DNA of 64,000 nucleotides, from assembly GCA_026702745.1 (NCBI GenBank), contig JAPPBT010000058.1, forward strand, positions 72,408 to 136,407, read 5' to 3'. Below, piece after piece: positions 19,356-27,469 of the stretch. The number at the start of each line of letters is the position of its first letter. The first letter of the stretch is position 1. Source of the DNA: Gemmatimonadota bacterium. GTDB lineage: Bacteria; JAAXHH01. Below the pieces are notes generated by a model. The model did no database searches and was not told where the DNA came from. It saw only the letters and a list, made by a program, of their open reading frames with translations. The position numbers were made by a program, and so were the translations under genes.

Positions 19356-20438
19356 ATGTCCCTGATCACCCGGTACGTGCTACGCTTGTTCATCACCGCT
19401 ATCGCCGTCAGCCTGATCGCCTTCGTCAGCATCTTCTTCGTGGTCGATCTCATTGAGCAGCTGGACCGGTTCCTGGACCGTGATGTGGCCCCGGTATACA
19501 TCGCGCTCTACTACGTCTACTACACGCCCTATATCTTCGTACTCACGATTCCCGTCAGCCTGCTGCTCGCCAGCCTGTATACCTTCGGCCAACTGACCAG
19601 GCTGGGCGAACTGACCGCCATGAAGGCATCGGGGCTCAGTGTGTACCGGTTGCTGAGGCCCCTGCTCCTGGTCAGCGCGGTGGCAAGCGGTGGCCTGTTC
19701 TGGGCCGGTGAATGGCTCGTTCCCCATACGAGCATGAAACGGGCGGAAATCCAGTCGGAGCACGTGGACCTGCGGGGCGGCGTGGGGCAGCACATACGAA
19801 ACGACGTGTATTTCAGGGGAGAGGGAGGGCGCCAGTTCTATATCCGCGTATTCGACGGTCTCGACGCGGAGGGCACGGGGGTTTTCGTCACCGAATTCCA
19901 GGACAGCCTCGTCTCCAGCGTGCTCGAGGCGGAAAGCGCCGTCTGGCAGGACGGGCGCTGGCTGCTTTCAAACGGGGTGGAACGACGGTTCCAGGCGGGA
20001 GGCGGACTGTCCGAATACAATACCTTCGTCGAACGGGAACCGGACGGATGGTCCGTAACGCCGGAGGATTTCATGCGGGGGCAGAAACGTCCCGAGGAGA
20101 TGAGCTACGGAGAACTCGACCAGTTTATTCAGAATGTCCGGCGCGGAGGCGGAGACGTGCAGGGCTACCTGGTAGACCTCAACCTGAAGATCGCCTTCCC
20201 CAGCGCGGGCCTGATTATCGTGCTTCTGGGCGGCGCGCTGGCCACTCACCTGAGACGGGGCGGTGTCGCGGTGGGATTTGCCCTGAGTATCGGTATCTGT
20301 TTCATCTACTGGGGGCTGCTCCGCTTTACCCAGGCCTTCGGACACGCCGGATTGCTTGACCCCATGTCGGCGGCCTGGGGCGCCAACGCGCTCTTCGGCC
20401 TCCTGGCCCTGGTACTGCTGGTCAGAGCGCCCAAATAA
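19356..20438 (+). CDS. lptG: LPS export ABC transporter permease LptG (YjgP/YjgQ family)
   Basis: Paralog of the upstream gene, same architecture. Confidence 0.75.
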   Translation: MSLITRYVLRLFITAIAVSLIAFVSIFFVVDLIEQLDRFLDRDVAPVYIALYYVYYTPYIFVLTIPVSLLLASLYTFGQLTRLGELTAMKASGLSVYRLLRPLLLVSAVASGGLFWAGEWLVPHTSMKRAEIQSEHVDLRGGVGQHIRNDVYFRGEGGRQFYIRVFDGLDAEGTGVFVTEFQDSLVSSVLEAESAVWQDGRWLLSNGVERRFQAGGGLSEYNTFVEREPDGWSVTPEDFMRGQKRPEEMSYGELDQFIQNVRRGGGDVQGYLVDLNLKIAFPSAGLIIVLLGGALATHLRRGGVAVGFALSIGICFIYWGLLRFTQAFGHAGLLDPMSAAWGANALFGLLALVLLVRAPK

Positions 20439-20575
20439 GACTCGCGTCGCGTAGCAACGCCCTGGTCGGAGCGCCCAAATAAGACTCGCGTCGCGTAGCA
20501 ACGCCCTGGTCGGAGCGCCCAAATAAGACTCGCGTCGCGTAGCAACGCCCTGGTCGGAGCGCCCAAATAAGACTC
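20425..20575. repeat. 44-bp tandem repeat x3.4 (gagcgcccaaataagactcgcgtcgcgtagcaacgccctggtcg) beginning inside the last codons of lptG
   Basis: Period of 44 bp measured from copy starts at 20425, 20469, 20513 and 20557; the first copy supplies the lptG stop codon. Confidence 0.9.
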
Positions 20576-20582
20576 TGGCGAC

Positions 20583-21725
20583 TCAGGCGTGGTTCCTGAG
20601 TTCCTCCGCCTTGTCGCAGTTCTCCCAGGTAAATCCCGCCTCGTTGCGGCCAAAGTGACCGTACGACGCCGTGGGGCGGTAGATCGGCCGGCGCAGGTCG
20701 AGGCTTTCGATGATGCCCTGGGGCGTCAGGTCGAAGTGCTTGCGGATCAGACGCGTGATCTCCAGGTCATCGGCCGCGCCGGTACCGAAGGAATTGACGT
20801 TGACGGAAACCGGTTCCGCTACGCCAATGACGTAGGCCAGCTGGATCTCGCATTTCTCGGCCAGTCCGGCCGCGACGACGTTCTTGGCCACGTAACGGGC
20901 CGCGTAGGAAGCTGAGCGGTCCACCTTGGTCGGGTCTTTGCCCGAATAGGCCCCGCCCCCGTGGCGGCAGTAACCGCCGTAGGTGTCCACGATGATCTTC
21001 CGGCCCGTCAGGCCGGCGTCTCCCTGGGGGCCGCCGGTGACGAACCGACCTGTCGCGTTGACATGGTACTTGATCCGGCCCGGGTCGATCAACGCTTCCG
21101 GCAACGCGGGGGCAATCACTTCGTTGACGATGTCCTCCCTGATCCGCTCGTTGGAGACGTCCGGGTCGTGCTGGGCGGCGATGACCACCGTGTCGATCCG
21201 GCGGGGCTGGCCATCGACGTATTCCACCGTGACCTGCGATTTGCCGTCGGGACGCAGGTACGGGGCCGCGCCATTCTTCCGGATCGCCGCGAGGTTCCGG
21301 GTCAGCCGGTGGGCGAGGGTGATGGGCAGGGGCATCATCTCGGGGGTCTCGTTGGTCGCGTAGCCGAACATCATGCCCTGGTCGCCCGCGCCCTGCCGGT
21401 CCACCCCCATGGCGATGTCGGCCGACTGCTGGTCGAGGGATACGACCACGCCGCAGGACTCCCAGTCCAGCCCGAACCCGGAATCCGTATACCCGATGGA
21501 TTTGACGGTCTCGCGGGCCACGCTTTGCGCGTCCACGTGGCCGTCCGTCGTGATCTCCCCGCCAACGACCACCAGGCCCGTGGTGACGAAGGTTTCACAG
21601 GCCACGCGGGCGTAGGGATCCTGTTCGATGACGGCGTCAAGCACCGCGTCGGAGATCTGGTCGGCGACCTTGTCGGGATGGCCTTCGGTAACGGATTCGG
21701 AAGTGAAGAGGTAACCAGGTGTCAT
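20583..21725 (-). CDS. metK: S-adenosylmethionine synthetase
   Basis: [21 protein letters not shown] and GGGAFSGKD motifs. Confidence 0.9.
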   Translation of the reverse strand: MTPGYLFTSESVTEGHPDKVADQISDAVLDAVIEQDPYARVACETFVTTGLVVVGGEITTDGHVDAQSVARETVKSIGYTDSGFGLDWESCGVVVSLDQQSADIAMGVDRQGAGDQGMMFGYATNETPEMMPLPITLAHRLTRNLAAIRKNGAAPYLRPDGKSQVTVEYVDGQPRRIDTVVIAAQHDPDVSNERIREDIVNEVIAPALPEALIDPGRIKYHVNATGRFVTGGPQGDAGLTGRKIIVDTYGGYCRHGGGAYSGKDPTKVDRSASYAARYVAKNVVAAGLAEKCEIQLAYVIGVAEPVSVNVNSFGTGAADDLEITRLIRKHFDLTPQGIIESLDLRRPIYRPTASYGHFGRNEAGFTWENCDKAEELRNHA

Positions 21726-21790
21726 GCGTCATGCTCCTGATGATCGACCCGTGGATCGGGAACGATCGGTTTCGTGGTTTCGGTAATCAG

Positions 21791-22840
21791 TCAGACGAAA
21801 ACTTCGCAGTTTGTGCCTTCCGGACTGTGTGGGCCGTCGGGGCCGCCCAGACCTCCCAGGTCGACCGGGCCGCCCAGGTTGCCCAGGCCGATCGGAACAC
21901 GCCTTACCGTGTCGGCCAGGACGGCGTGGGGGGTAACGATGGCACCCCGGAGGTCGCAGTTCTCAATACGGGCGTGGGATCCGATGGTGGCGTCGCGGAC
22001 GACGGAACGCGCGACGGAAGCCCGGGACGAGATGGCGACGTGGGGGCCGATGACCGACCGGTGGACCCGGGCGTCGTCCGCGATGTCTACCGGTGGAATG
22101 ATCACGCTGCCGGGAATGTCGCAACGCCCTCCGTTCAGGTCGAGCAGCCGCCTGTTGGCCTCCAGCAGACGCTCCGGCGTGCCGCAATCGTACAAGTCGT
22201 CGACTTCAAAGGGGACCAGGTGTTCGCCCTGTTCCACCATCCATTGCAGCGCGTCCGTCAGCTGATACTCGTTCCGGGTCCTTCGGCCGGAACGTACCAG
22301 GGTTTCCAGTCCTTCCATGAGCGGCCGGGGATTGGAGAAACCGTAGATCCCGGCGATCGCGAGATTCGAAACGGGGTGGTCGGGTTTCTCCACCAGCCGG
22401 GTGATCCGCCTGTCCTCGACCTCGACCAGTCCGTACCGGCTAAGGTCACCGGCGACCCGCTTGACGCCGATGGCGTTACCGGGCGGTTCGTCGGCGAGGA
22501 AAGCAAAATCAGACAGATAGATGACGTCACCCAGCAGGACCAGGAGCGGCTCGTCATCCACGAGGTCCGCGCACAGGTGCACGGCGTGTCCGATCCCGAG
22601 CGGCTCTTGTTGCAAGACGTACCGGGCTTCGAGGTCATCCCGCCGGTCGACGTACCGGCGGATGGCGTCACCCGACGGCGAGATTACCAACACAACGTCG
22701 CGGATGCCCATGGCGGTTACCTGGTCGAGCAGGTATTCCAGCACCGGCTTGCCGGCGACGGGGACCAAGGCCTTGGGAGTCTCAAGCGTGACGGGGTGCA
22801 ATCGGCTGCCGCTGCCGGCGACGGGAATGATGGCTTTCAT
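21791..22840 (-). CDS. Sugar-1-phosphate nucleotidyltransferase with a C-terminal left-handed beta-helix domain
   Basis: MKAIIPVAGSGSRLHP... NTP-transferase N-terminus; hexapeptide-like C-terminus; degenerate GLGxLGGP repeats at the extreme C-terminus. Confidence 0.75.
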   Translation of the reverse strand: MKAIIPVAGSGSRLHPVTLETPKALVPVAGKPVLEYLLDQVTAMGIRDVVLVISPSGDAIRRYVDRRDDLEARYVLQQEPLGIGHAVHLCADLVDDEPLLVLLGDVIYLSDFAFLADEPPGNAIGVKRVAGDLSRYGLVEVEDRRITRLVEKPDHPVSNLAIAGIYGFSNPRPLMEGLETLVRSGRRTRNEYQLTDALQWMVEQGEHLVPFEVDDLYDCGTPERLLEANRRLLDLNGGRCDIPGSVIIPPVDIADDARVHRSVIGPHVAISSRASVARSVVRDATIGSHARIENCDLRGAIVTPHAVLADTVRRVPIGLGNLGGPVDLGGLGGPDGPHSPEGTNCEVFV

Positions 22841-23043
22841 GGAGATTCCTTGCGCGTGCGCACCCTCTCCCGGCGGAACGCGCCGGGACCGAAAAGAACG
22901 GTTCAGTAAGTAACAACGGACCAGGGCCGCGCGCAACAGAAATCATCGTCGCCGGAAGCTGCCAACCACGGTCTACTCGCCGGCGGATCCCCGTCTTCGC
23001 GGCTGCGGGATCCGGTCTCTTCGGCTGCATGCTGTCCCGGGAT

Positions 23044-23718
23044 TCAGAAGATCGAACCGAGCCAGGCACCGAGGGCTTCCATCCGGCCGGTCAGCAGGGA
23101 GATGCGCGCCATGACCGTGTAGCCGAAGGCCGCGCCGAAGGTCACCATCAGCACCCAGATACCCGCGCGGGACACGTGTCCCAGCACGCCCTTGTGCTCG
23201 ACAGAGAAGAAGAAGTATACCAGGCCGCAGATCACGCCCAGGACGAGTACGACGTGGGAGAAACTGGCGCCCCAGAGCAGGTTGCCCGAAGCATCGAGCA
23301 CCACGAGGGGAATCATGGTACTCTGGACCTGGATGATGAAGTCCGAATCGAGGAAACGGGGCAGGTTGAATCCCGCCGCACCGCCGACGATGAAGGCCAG
23401 GGCCCAGCGGCTGAGCCAGGCCCAGCGTTCGATCAGGCGGGTGAGCAGCAGCAGGCCGAAGACGGCGGGGATAAGGTAGTAGTAGTCCGGCGACCGGCCC
23501 ACGGCGCCGGGCACGACGCCTGACATGAGCGAAGGGAACAGCTTGCCGAGCAGGTTCGGCACCAGGTGGTCCCAGAACCCGACGGCCATCAGGTAAGCGG
23601 CCGAAACGCCGACGAACAGGTGTTCGGCGAACTTGTAGAAGGGATTGTCCCGGTAAAGGAAACTGAGGATCATCAGCGTGAGGGCCGCGTCGATCCAGAG
23701 CATCAGCGTTACATCCAT
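23044..23718 (-). CDS. Integral membrane protein (~6 TM), unknown family; last gene of the candidate novel operon
   Basis: Hydrophobic profile; follows the upstream gene after a 64-nt gap. Confidence 0.5.
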   Translation of the reverse strand: MDVTLMLWIDAALTLMILSFLYRDNPFYKFAEHLFVGVSAAYLMAVGFWDHLVPNLLGKLFPSLMSGVVPGAVGRSPDYYYLIPAVFGLLLLTRLIERWAWLSRWALAFIVGGAAGFNLPRFLDSDFIIQVQSTMIPLVVLDASGNLLWGASFSHVVLVLGVICGLVYFFFSVEHKGVLGHVSRAGIWVLMVTFGAAFGYTVMARISLLTGRMEALGAWLGSIF

Positions 23719-23782
23719 AAATAGTCCTCTATGGCCGGTGTCAGACCCGGTCCCTCTGGCATGTCCGGTCTGTCCGGCCGGC

Positions 23783-24670
23783 CTAGCCTGCCCGGTTACC
23801 CTGGCCCGTTCTGCCCGCCCGGTCCGCCCGGCCGAAGAAATAGGCCAGGTTGCCCAACAGGACCAGCAGTACGATCAGCACGTGGGTCACGACCTGGGGA
23901 CCCATGCGCATGGTGGCCTCCATGGTGGCGTTCCGGTAGGCCGGATACCGGTCCACCAGGGCGGACTCGTACTCGGAAGCCCCTTTGAGGCCGCCCATCA
24001 GGCCGACCAGTTGCTGGGGATAATAGGGATAGAGTTCCGGCGCCACCACGGCCGTGCCGCCTCCCATGACGGGAATCCCCGCGATGTCGCCCGCGAACTG
24101 GATCCACTCCTTCAGTCCCGGGTCCCCTGCGGTCAGGCTCAGGATGATGACGTAGTCCACCATCTCGTCCACGTCCGCGGTTATGGGAAGGTCGTCGAGG
24201 GGCGTGCCCTCCGCGTCGGCGTTGACCAGGGTCCTGAAGTTGACCACCATGGTGTTGATCGCGCCGCCCAGGCCGGCCTTGTACCCCAGGTTCACGAAGT
24301 CCCGGCCGTACGCCTTGTCCGGAAACTCCTCGGGCAGCAGGTTGTCCGTAATCTTCTTGATCTGTCCCACCCCCTCGGGGAACAGGGTGAAGAAGGACAC
24401 CTCGTGGCCGCGGATCATCGTATGCCGCACGAGGGCCTTCGCCATGGGATCCAGCTCGGGAGCGGTGTCCGGACCGTAGTCGAAGGAAAGGAACACCCGC
24501 GACCCGGCCGGAAGTCGTTCCACGGTGTCGAAGATCGACTGGACGATAGGCGTGGGGCTGTCCTGGAAACGGGGTTTCAGGAGCAGTGGAATGCAGACCG
24601 CCGCCCCGATGAGAAGGAAGATGATCCGGCGGTCGATCTGCAGGATGAAATCGGGAATCCGCATGCTCAC
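23783..24670 (-). CDS. Membrane-anchored protein (N- and C-terminal TM helices flanking a ~200-aa non-cytoplasmic domain), unknown family
   Basis: ATGA overlap with the upstream gene. Confidence 0.5.
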   Translation of the reverse strand: MSMRIPDFILQIDRRIIFLLIGAAVCIPLLLKPRFQDSPTPIVQSIFDTVERLPAGSRVFLSFDYGPDTAPELDPMAKALVRHTMIRGHEVSFFTLFPEGVGQIKKITDNLLPEEFPDKAYGRDFVNLGYKAGLGGAINTMVVNFRTLVNADAEGTPLDDLPITADVDEMVDYVIILSLTAGDPGLKEWIQFAGDIAGIPVMGGGTAVVAPELYPYYPQQLVGLMGGLKGASEYESALVDRYPAYRNATMEATMRMGPQVVTHVLIVLLVLLGNLAYFFGRADRAGRTGQGNRAG

Positions 24671-25347
24671 TCTCCCCGTCCCAGGTAGTTGCGTTCGATC
24701 CCCAGGATGATGCGCAGAGAAGTCGCGATGACCCCCAGGGCGATGCCGATCATGATGGCCCGCTGGCCGGCCGTATTGGGCCAGGCCATAATCCAGTTGG
24801 CCAGGTTCGGCAGTTCGAGGAAGGCCAGGCTTTCCGGCATCCAGGCTGTCAGCCAGGCCCCTACGGGCGTCCTACCCAGCAGGATGACCATCGCGGCCGA
24901 CAGGAGGATGGTCGCCTCTTTCGTGCGCGCCCGGAAGGCACGGTAGGACGCCGACGCGACGAAGAAGGCCAGCAGGGAGAACATGGTGGCCGACAGCGGG
25001 TTGTAGACCCCGTCGAACATGAACCGCAGCCAGGAACCCGAGGCCAGGATCTCCCCACCCATCCCGCCGGGGTTGCCCACCTTGAACAGGCCGATCACGA
25101 GGGTGACGAGAAACGCCACCAGGGTCACCACGCTGTAGGGCCAGTCCGCAGCGCGGCTGGAAACGCGTTTCAGGTGAATCTTGAGCAGGCTCCCGCCGCC
25201 GAGGATGAACGCAAAGACGGTGATGATGGCGAAGTAATCCGAGAAACTCTCGTAGAGCGTATTGAAGGGACCCCGCGTCACGAAGTAGCCCGTGATCAGG
25301 ACCACGCCGATGATAAAGGTGATGATGAGGGGTATTCTACGGCGCAT
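24667..25347 (-). CDS. Integral membrane protein (~6 TM), unknown family
   Basis: Hydrophobic profile; starts 5 nt after the upstream TAG stop. Confidence 0.5.
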   Translation of the reverse strand: MRRRIPLIITFIIGVVLITGYFVTRGPFNTLYESFSDYFAIITVFAFILGGGSLLKIHLKRVSSRAADWPYSVVTLVAFLVTLVIGLFKVGNPGGMGGEILASGSWLRFMFDGVYNPLSATMFSLLAFFVASASYRAFRARTKEATILLSAAMVILLGRTPVGAWLTAWMPESLAFLELPNLANWIMAWPNTAGQRAIMIGIALGVIATSLRIILGIERNYLGRGE

Positions 25348-25352
25348 GGGAC

Positions 25353-26330
25353 CTACCTGAAGAGCCAGAGCACGATTTCGGAGACTTCGCGGACGGTTTC
25401 ACTTCCGGTAATGGATTCCAGGGTGGCCAGCGCGCTGCCGGCCAGGATGAATACGATGGCGATGCCCTTGCCGGCGTCCTGTCCCTTCAGGCTGCCCAGC
25501 ATGCGTGGTTCCTTGGACAGGTACGCGCTGGCAGCGAACAGTTCCTCTCCGATCAGCGTATAGTCGCAGGCCGCCACGAAGAAGGGCAACTGGGGAGGCC
25601 TGGCCGTCCCCGCGATCTGTATGGCGCCGATGGAGTTGCCCGTTTCCGCCAGGATAAGCGATTCGGCGTAGAACCCGCCCAGGTAGAAGCAGGCGGCCGG
25701 CTTTTCCCGCACGATGATGCCGTCTACGGCCGCCGCGTAGGCGAACTGCGCATCGGAGACGTAGTGTATGTCGTCTTCCTGGTAGGCGTCGGGGCGGCCC
25801 GCGGTCAGGTAGGATTGCTGCACGGTTTCCCGGGCCACGCTCATGACGAGGGACTTGCGCACGGGCACGTGCAATCTGGAATCGTAGCCCGCGATGATGG
25901 TGGCGAGATGACCCAGCAGGTTCATGGACGCGATGGTCTGCACCTCGTCCATGTCGTTCAGGCCGGGGACGTAGAGGATGGGCTTGCCCATCTCCGTCGC
26001 CCGTCCCACGGCTTCCTCCACCGTCTCCAGGCCGGCGATCTTGCGTATGAAAAGCGGCCGGCCCGCGGAGGCCAGCACCACGTAAAGCAGGATAGCGCCC
26101 GTCAGGACGATCCCCAGGACCAGGGCCTGGGTCCGGTCCGCGTTGAACCAGCCGGATTCGGTGCCGGCCTGGGCCAGTACGGGATCCGGCTGCAGCACGG
26201 AGAAGATTGCCGTGAGGGCGAGGATCGCCCGCGACAAGGAGAAGTCCGCCGCGAAGGCAAGGACCGCCTGCGACAGGCCGGTCGCGGTGGTTAAGTTCTG
26301 CGGTATGCGGGTCGTTGGGCGGAAATGCAT
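25353..26330 (-). CDS. Membrane protein (N-terminal TM pair, soluble middle domain, C-terminal TM), unknown family
   Basis: Start ATG overlaps the upstream TGA (TGATG). Confidence 0.5.
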   Translation of the reverse strand: MHFRPTTRIPQNLTTATGLSQAVLAFAADFSLSRAILALTAIFSVLQPDPVLAQAGTESGWFNADRTQALVLGIVLTGAILLYVVLASAGRPLFIRKIAGLETVEEAVGRATEMGKPILYVPGLNDMDEVQTIASMNLLGHLATIIAGYDSRLHVPVRKSLVMSVARETVQQSYLTAGRPDAYQEDDIHYVSDAQFAYAAAVDGIIVREKPAACFYLGGFYAESLILAETGNSIGAIQIAGTARPPQLPFFVAACDYTLIGEELFAASAYLSKEPRMLGSLKGQDAGKGIAIVFILAGSALATLESITGSETVREVSEIVLWLFR

Positions 26331-27469
26331 CAGGTCTCCACGATCTCCACGTTCGCCCGGGGCACCGTCACGAGCGCTCCGTTCGTCCGGCGCGCTTCCA
26401 GCACCCGTGCGAAGGCGCCCGTGGGAAGCCGCACGGGCTGTTCGGGCAGCGACGCCACCGTAGCGAGTTCACCGAACCAGGGTTCGCGGATCAGGCGTAC
26501 GAGCGAACCGGCTTCAAGGCCGCGGCCGGCCGGGGCCGCCCGATCCGAGGAGGCCTGATCAGCAGACGCCTCGTCGCCGTCGGACCTGATGATGATCTCG
26601 GGACGGATCACACCGGCCCGGATCTGCGTGGCGCCGCTCAGGGAAGCTTCGCGGTCCTGCATGGAACGGAGCAGTTCGAAGGTGCGTTCTGCCATGGGCA
26701 GCCATCCGAAGCCTTCGGTGACGATCATGGTCAGTCCGATGTCTTCCCCGCCAGTCACCGCGACGCCGATCTGGTATCCCAGGAGGTCGCCGATATCGTG
26801 GTAACGCATGCCGCCCACGACAACGCCGGACGCGCCAACCTCTATCAACTTACGCAACGCGTCAAGGGTGATCATGGATCCGCAGCATACGATCCGGCCC
26901 CGCAGACGGTCATCGATCATTTTGCCGGTGACCTCTTCCTCGGGCGATTGGACGATCTGGCTTATGGGCGCGTGCGTTTCGCCCCCCACGCCGAAGATCC
27001 CCTGAATGCAGGCGCCGGCCGTTTCCACCACGACGCCCTCCCCCGGCAGTGTTTCGGTGACCGTGCCGTCGAGGTAGGCGTTGATCCGCACCGGGGTCGA
27101 CGGTTCCCGGATGAGCACCTGGCCGGTCACTTCCGAGACCATTTCGATGGTGCCGCTTTCGGGACCCCGGACGCTGGATTTGAACAATCCGAAGATCCCC
27201 TTCGATTCGGCGATCAGTTCGCCTTTCGCCACCGGTTCGTCCCGCTGCTTGAGCATGCAGCCCGGCACTTCTTCCGGTGCGATGGCCAGGGCATTGGCCA
27301 CATTGACGTTGTGCACCGGTCCGGGCAGGTAGGTCTCGGCGACTACCGTGTCAGGCCGTACCCGGTCGCCGACCTCCACCAGCACCTGGCCGCTCAGCGG
27401 AAGGCGACGCGTCCTGGCGACGACGGTCCGGGGCGATACGCGCAGGCCTGATGTATAGGCGTGGGCCAT
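26330..27469 (-). CDS. Soluble protein whose N-terminus resembles the NqrA/RnfC barrel-sandwich hybrid domain; unknown function
   Basis: LPLSGQVLVEVGDRVRPDTVV...KGELIAESKGIF...SGTIEMVSEVTGQVL pattern; start ATG overlaps the upstream TGA (TGATG). Confidence 0.55.
   Translation of the reverse strand: MAHAYTSGLRVSPRTVVARTRRLPLSGQVLVEVGDRVRPDTVVAETYLPGPVHNVNVANALAIAPEEVPGCMLKQRDEPVAKGELIAESKGIFGLFKSSVRGPESGTIEMVSEVTGQVLIREPSTPVRINAYLDGTVTETLPGEGVVVETAGACIQGIFGVGGETHAPISQIVQSPEEEVTGKMIDDRLRGRIVCCGSMITLDALRKLIEVGASGVVVGGMRYHDIGDLLGYQIGVAVTGGEDIGLTMIVTEGFGWLPMAERTFELLRSMQDREASLSGATQIRAGVIRPEIIIRSDGDEASADQASSDRAAPAGRGLEAGSLVRLIREPWFGELATVASLPEQPVRLPTGAFARVLEARRTNGALVTVPRANVEIVET

Noticed and set aside
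20425-20575. Possible CRISPR array
   Set aside because: The repeat units are contiguous with no unique spacers and no cas genes are present, so it is a plain tandem repeat.
21719-22909. 396-aa ORF antisense to the nucleotidyltransferase gene
   Set aside because: It is a shadow of a well-supported CDS with no recognisable motifs.
23678-24688. 336-aa plus-strand ORF across the membrane-protein genes
   Set aside because: It is antisense to three coupled genes and its translation is Arg/Gly/Pro-rich, so it is a shadow ORF.
23044-27469. Rnf/Nqr-type ion-translocating complex
   Set aside because: Only the N-terminal barrel-sandwich of one protein resembles NqrA/RnfC. The 6-TM proteins lack RnfA/E/NqrD/E signatures and there are no flavin or Fe-S subunits.
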